Below are positions 60,676-62,279 of a stretch of 62,279 nt of DNA, in pieces (the first letter of the stretch is position 1; each line of letters opens with the position of its first letter). Origin of the DNA: Fimicolochytrium jonesii (lineage: Eukaryota). The position numbers were made by a program, and so were the translations under genes. Location of the stretch: contig NW_026515703.1 of assembly GCF_025526975.1 (NCBI RefSeq), forward strand, positions 248,001 through 310,279. The letters are read 5' to 3'. The notes below the pieces were generated by a model. It worked only from the letters and a program-made list of their open reading frames with translations, was not told the origin of the DNA and ran no database searches.

Positions 60676-62085
60676 CAAGACCCCCTGGGTTGGGTTTTTT
60701 ATTGGGTTGCCTGGAACCCTAGGGACTTAGAAATTTTCGAGTTTTCTGGCTTTTGGGTGTGTTCTACAGTTCGAATTTTTGACTCTGAGGGAGGTAGTGG
60801 CGGGGGGTATTGCGCACCTAGGCAAGTCGGGGAGGACTAGGTGTGCAAGGGCAAGTGATGGGTCATATGGGCGGTGGTGCGGGTACGGGGGGGGGGGTTG
60901 ATATAAAGGGGACATATATGTTATATATACGTTATAGGACTTGTGCAAATTGGGATTTTTCTAGTGCCGATCCGGAGTTGGCGTCCTAATTGAAAAGTTG
61001 GCCCCATATCATATTCTCTAATTGAAGTACTCTCGGATTGGCAATCCGTGCGGAAACGGCTTCAGAAACTTAGAAAAACGAAATTTTCACGCGACGGGGG
61101 GTAAAAAGTTGGAAAATGTGGTGATATCTCAACATCTGGCTGACTATCCAGTGTAGGGCACTTAATGAAAGTTGATTGTAGCCTATGGTTTGCATAGCTG
61201 ATGTGGTAGCAAATCTTGTGTAACCTTGCTTTTGGCTGAAGAACAGGGCCCCTTTTCAATTCTCAAGTCGTGATCCCCAAGACCTCCTAACAAAAGACAC
61301 GAGTACGCATGTGCAGGCAAAGGGGTTTGGCCGTGTTCTCCAGTAAACATTTTGTGAATTCCGCTGTGCATCGTACTGTTTGTAGGACCCTTGCGGTCTG
61401 TTTTTACCAAAACTGTTGAACATTTTCCGGTTAAAGCAGTGTTCTACAGTTTGTCCATGCAGGTTAGAGCACGTGACCTGGGCTTGCTTGCAGGGTACGC
61501 AGAGTGAGAGGGTTGGGGTTAGAGATTTCCCAGATCACTTATTAAATTCAGCCAAACTGTCTCTGTCATGGAACATTTAAAATGGTGGAAAGTAGTATTG
61601 CATTTATTGATTTAGAGTACATTGGAAAAGCGCACATTCAGAAAAGGGTTTTGGTGTAAAGTTCTCAACGACATTCAACAGTACTAAAGGACTTCCGCAA
61701 GCATGTCACGGACTTGGTTCTGTCCAAAAGTCGTACGCACTCAGGGTACCTGGCGCAGCGGAGACGGAAACGATGCTGACCGCCAATGCTATGAAAAGCT
61801 GAGCCTCCACAGTTGGGACATTGAAGCTGATCACGATGCTGATGGAAGAGTTCACGGATATTGCCAATGGGAGCAGCATCAGGCACTTCCCCATCCCCAT
61901 GACCCCACCAAGCACGAGCAGGATCAATGACGGGTGCAATGCCTTTGAACCATCCGGGATTGAAACCAAAAGAGTTGAGAACATCTCGGAAGCGCTGACA
62001 GTCTGTCACAGTAGTCTGTCTATTGCGATCTCCTCTGAATAGAACTCTGGTGGCAGCGTCCATGATGCCATTGATGAGACTGTAG
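60676..62085 (-). mobile_element. Telomere-interspersed element C (~1.41 kb), single copy
   Basis: Flanked by TTAGGG tracts; starts GGGTTA|CAAGAC..GGGTTGGGTTTTTT; shares GGGACTTAG(A)AATTTTCGA with A. Confidence 0.65.
61665..62085 (-). CDS. 5'-truncated hypothetical ORF with a C4 zinc-ribbon-like motif
   Basis: Frame is open from the telomere junction (YYSLINGIMDAATRVLF...); contains CPNCGG-x14-CARYPEC. Confidence 0.45.
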
Positions 62086-62279
62086 TAGGGTTTAGGGTTA
62101 GGGTTAGGGTTAGGGTTAGGTTAGGGTTAGGGTTAGGTTAGGGTTAGGGTTAGGGTTAGGGTTAGGGTTAGGGTTAGGGTTAGGTTAGGGTTAGGGTTGG
62201 GTTAGGGTTAGGGTTAGGGTTAGGGTTAGGGTTAGGTTAGGGTTAGGGTTAGGGTTAGGGTTAGGTTAGGGTCTAGGGT
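62086..62279 (+). repeat. Terminal telomere (TTAGGG)n
   Basis: G-rich strand runs 5'->3' to the end of the window. Confidence 0.97.

Noticed and set aside
49653..62279. CRISPR-like repeat-spacer array
   Set aside because: The repeats are telomeric and of variable length, the spacers are kilobase-scale repeated units, the context is eukaryotic and there are no cas genes.

Overview
Right-hand chromosome end of a zoosporic (flagellated) fungus, most likely a chytrid. This is inferred from short GT-AG introns, fungal-type genes, the axonemal gene DRC3 and (TTAGGG)n telomeres. There are three zones. (1) About 1-22.5 kb is an intact, intron-rich core: F-box/LRR protein, tRNA-Phe x2, tRNA-Gly, KH-domain protein, a small hydrophilin, calmodulin, Rag/Gtr2 GTPase, DRC3 and a KilA-N/APSES-GATA fusion transcription factor. 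(2) About 23-49.6 kb is a decaying subtelomeric accessory zone. It holds pseudogenes (7TM-like, sensor-HAMP, two nuclease-kinase, RRM), four DNA-transposon derivatives (Merlin-like element and its MITE, hAT-like MITE, Tc1/mariner derivative), candidate foreign cargo (bacterial-like SDR fragment, ricin-B lectin, alpha/beta hydrolase) and short inverted interstitial telomere tracts. (3) 49,653-62,279 is a 12.6-kb terminal array in which nine TTAGGG tracts alternate with eight copies of three related elements (order A-A-B-B-A-B-A-C). All eight share the same centromere-proximal junction (GGTTA|CA[G/A]GAC) but are cut and telomere-capped at different distal points. This array is the best candidate for an undescribed telomere-associated mobile or telomere-maintenance system. 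No reverse transcriptase is present in the window, so the mechanism is inferred. Exon boundaries were assigned by eye, and copy-to-copy homopolymer indels in the array may be sequencing error.
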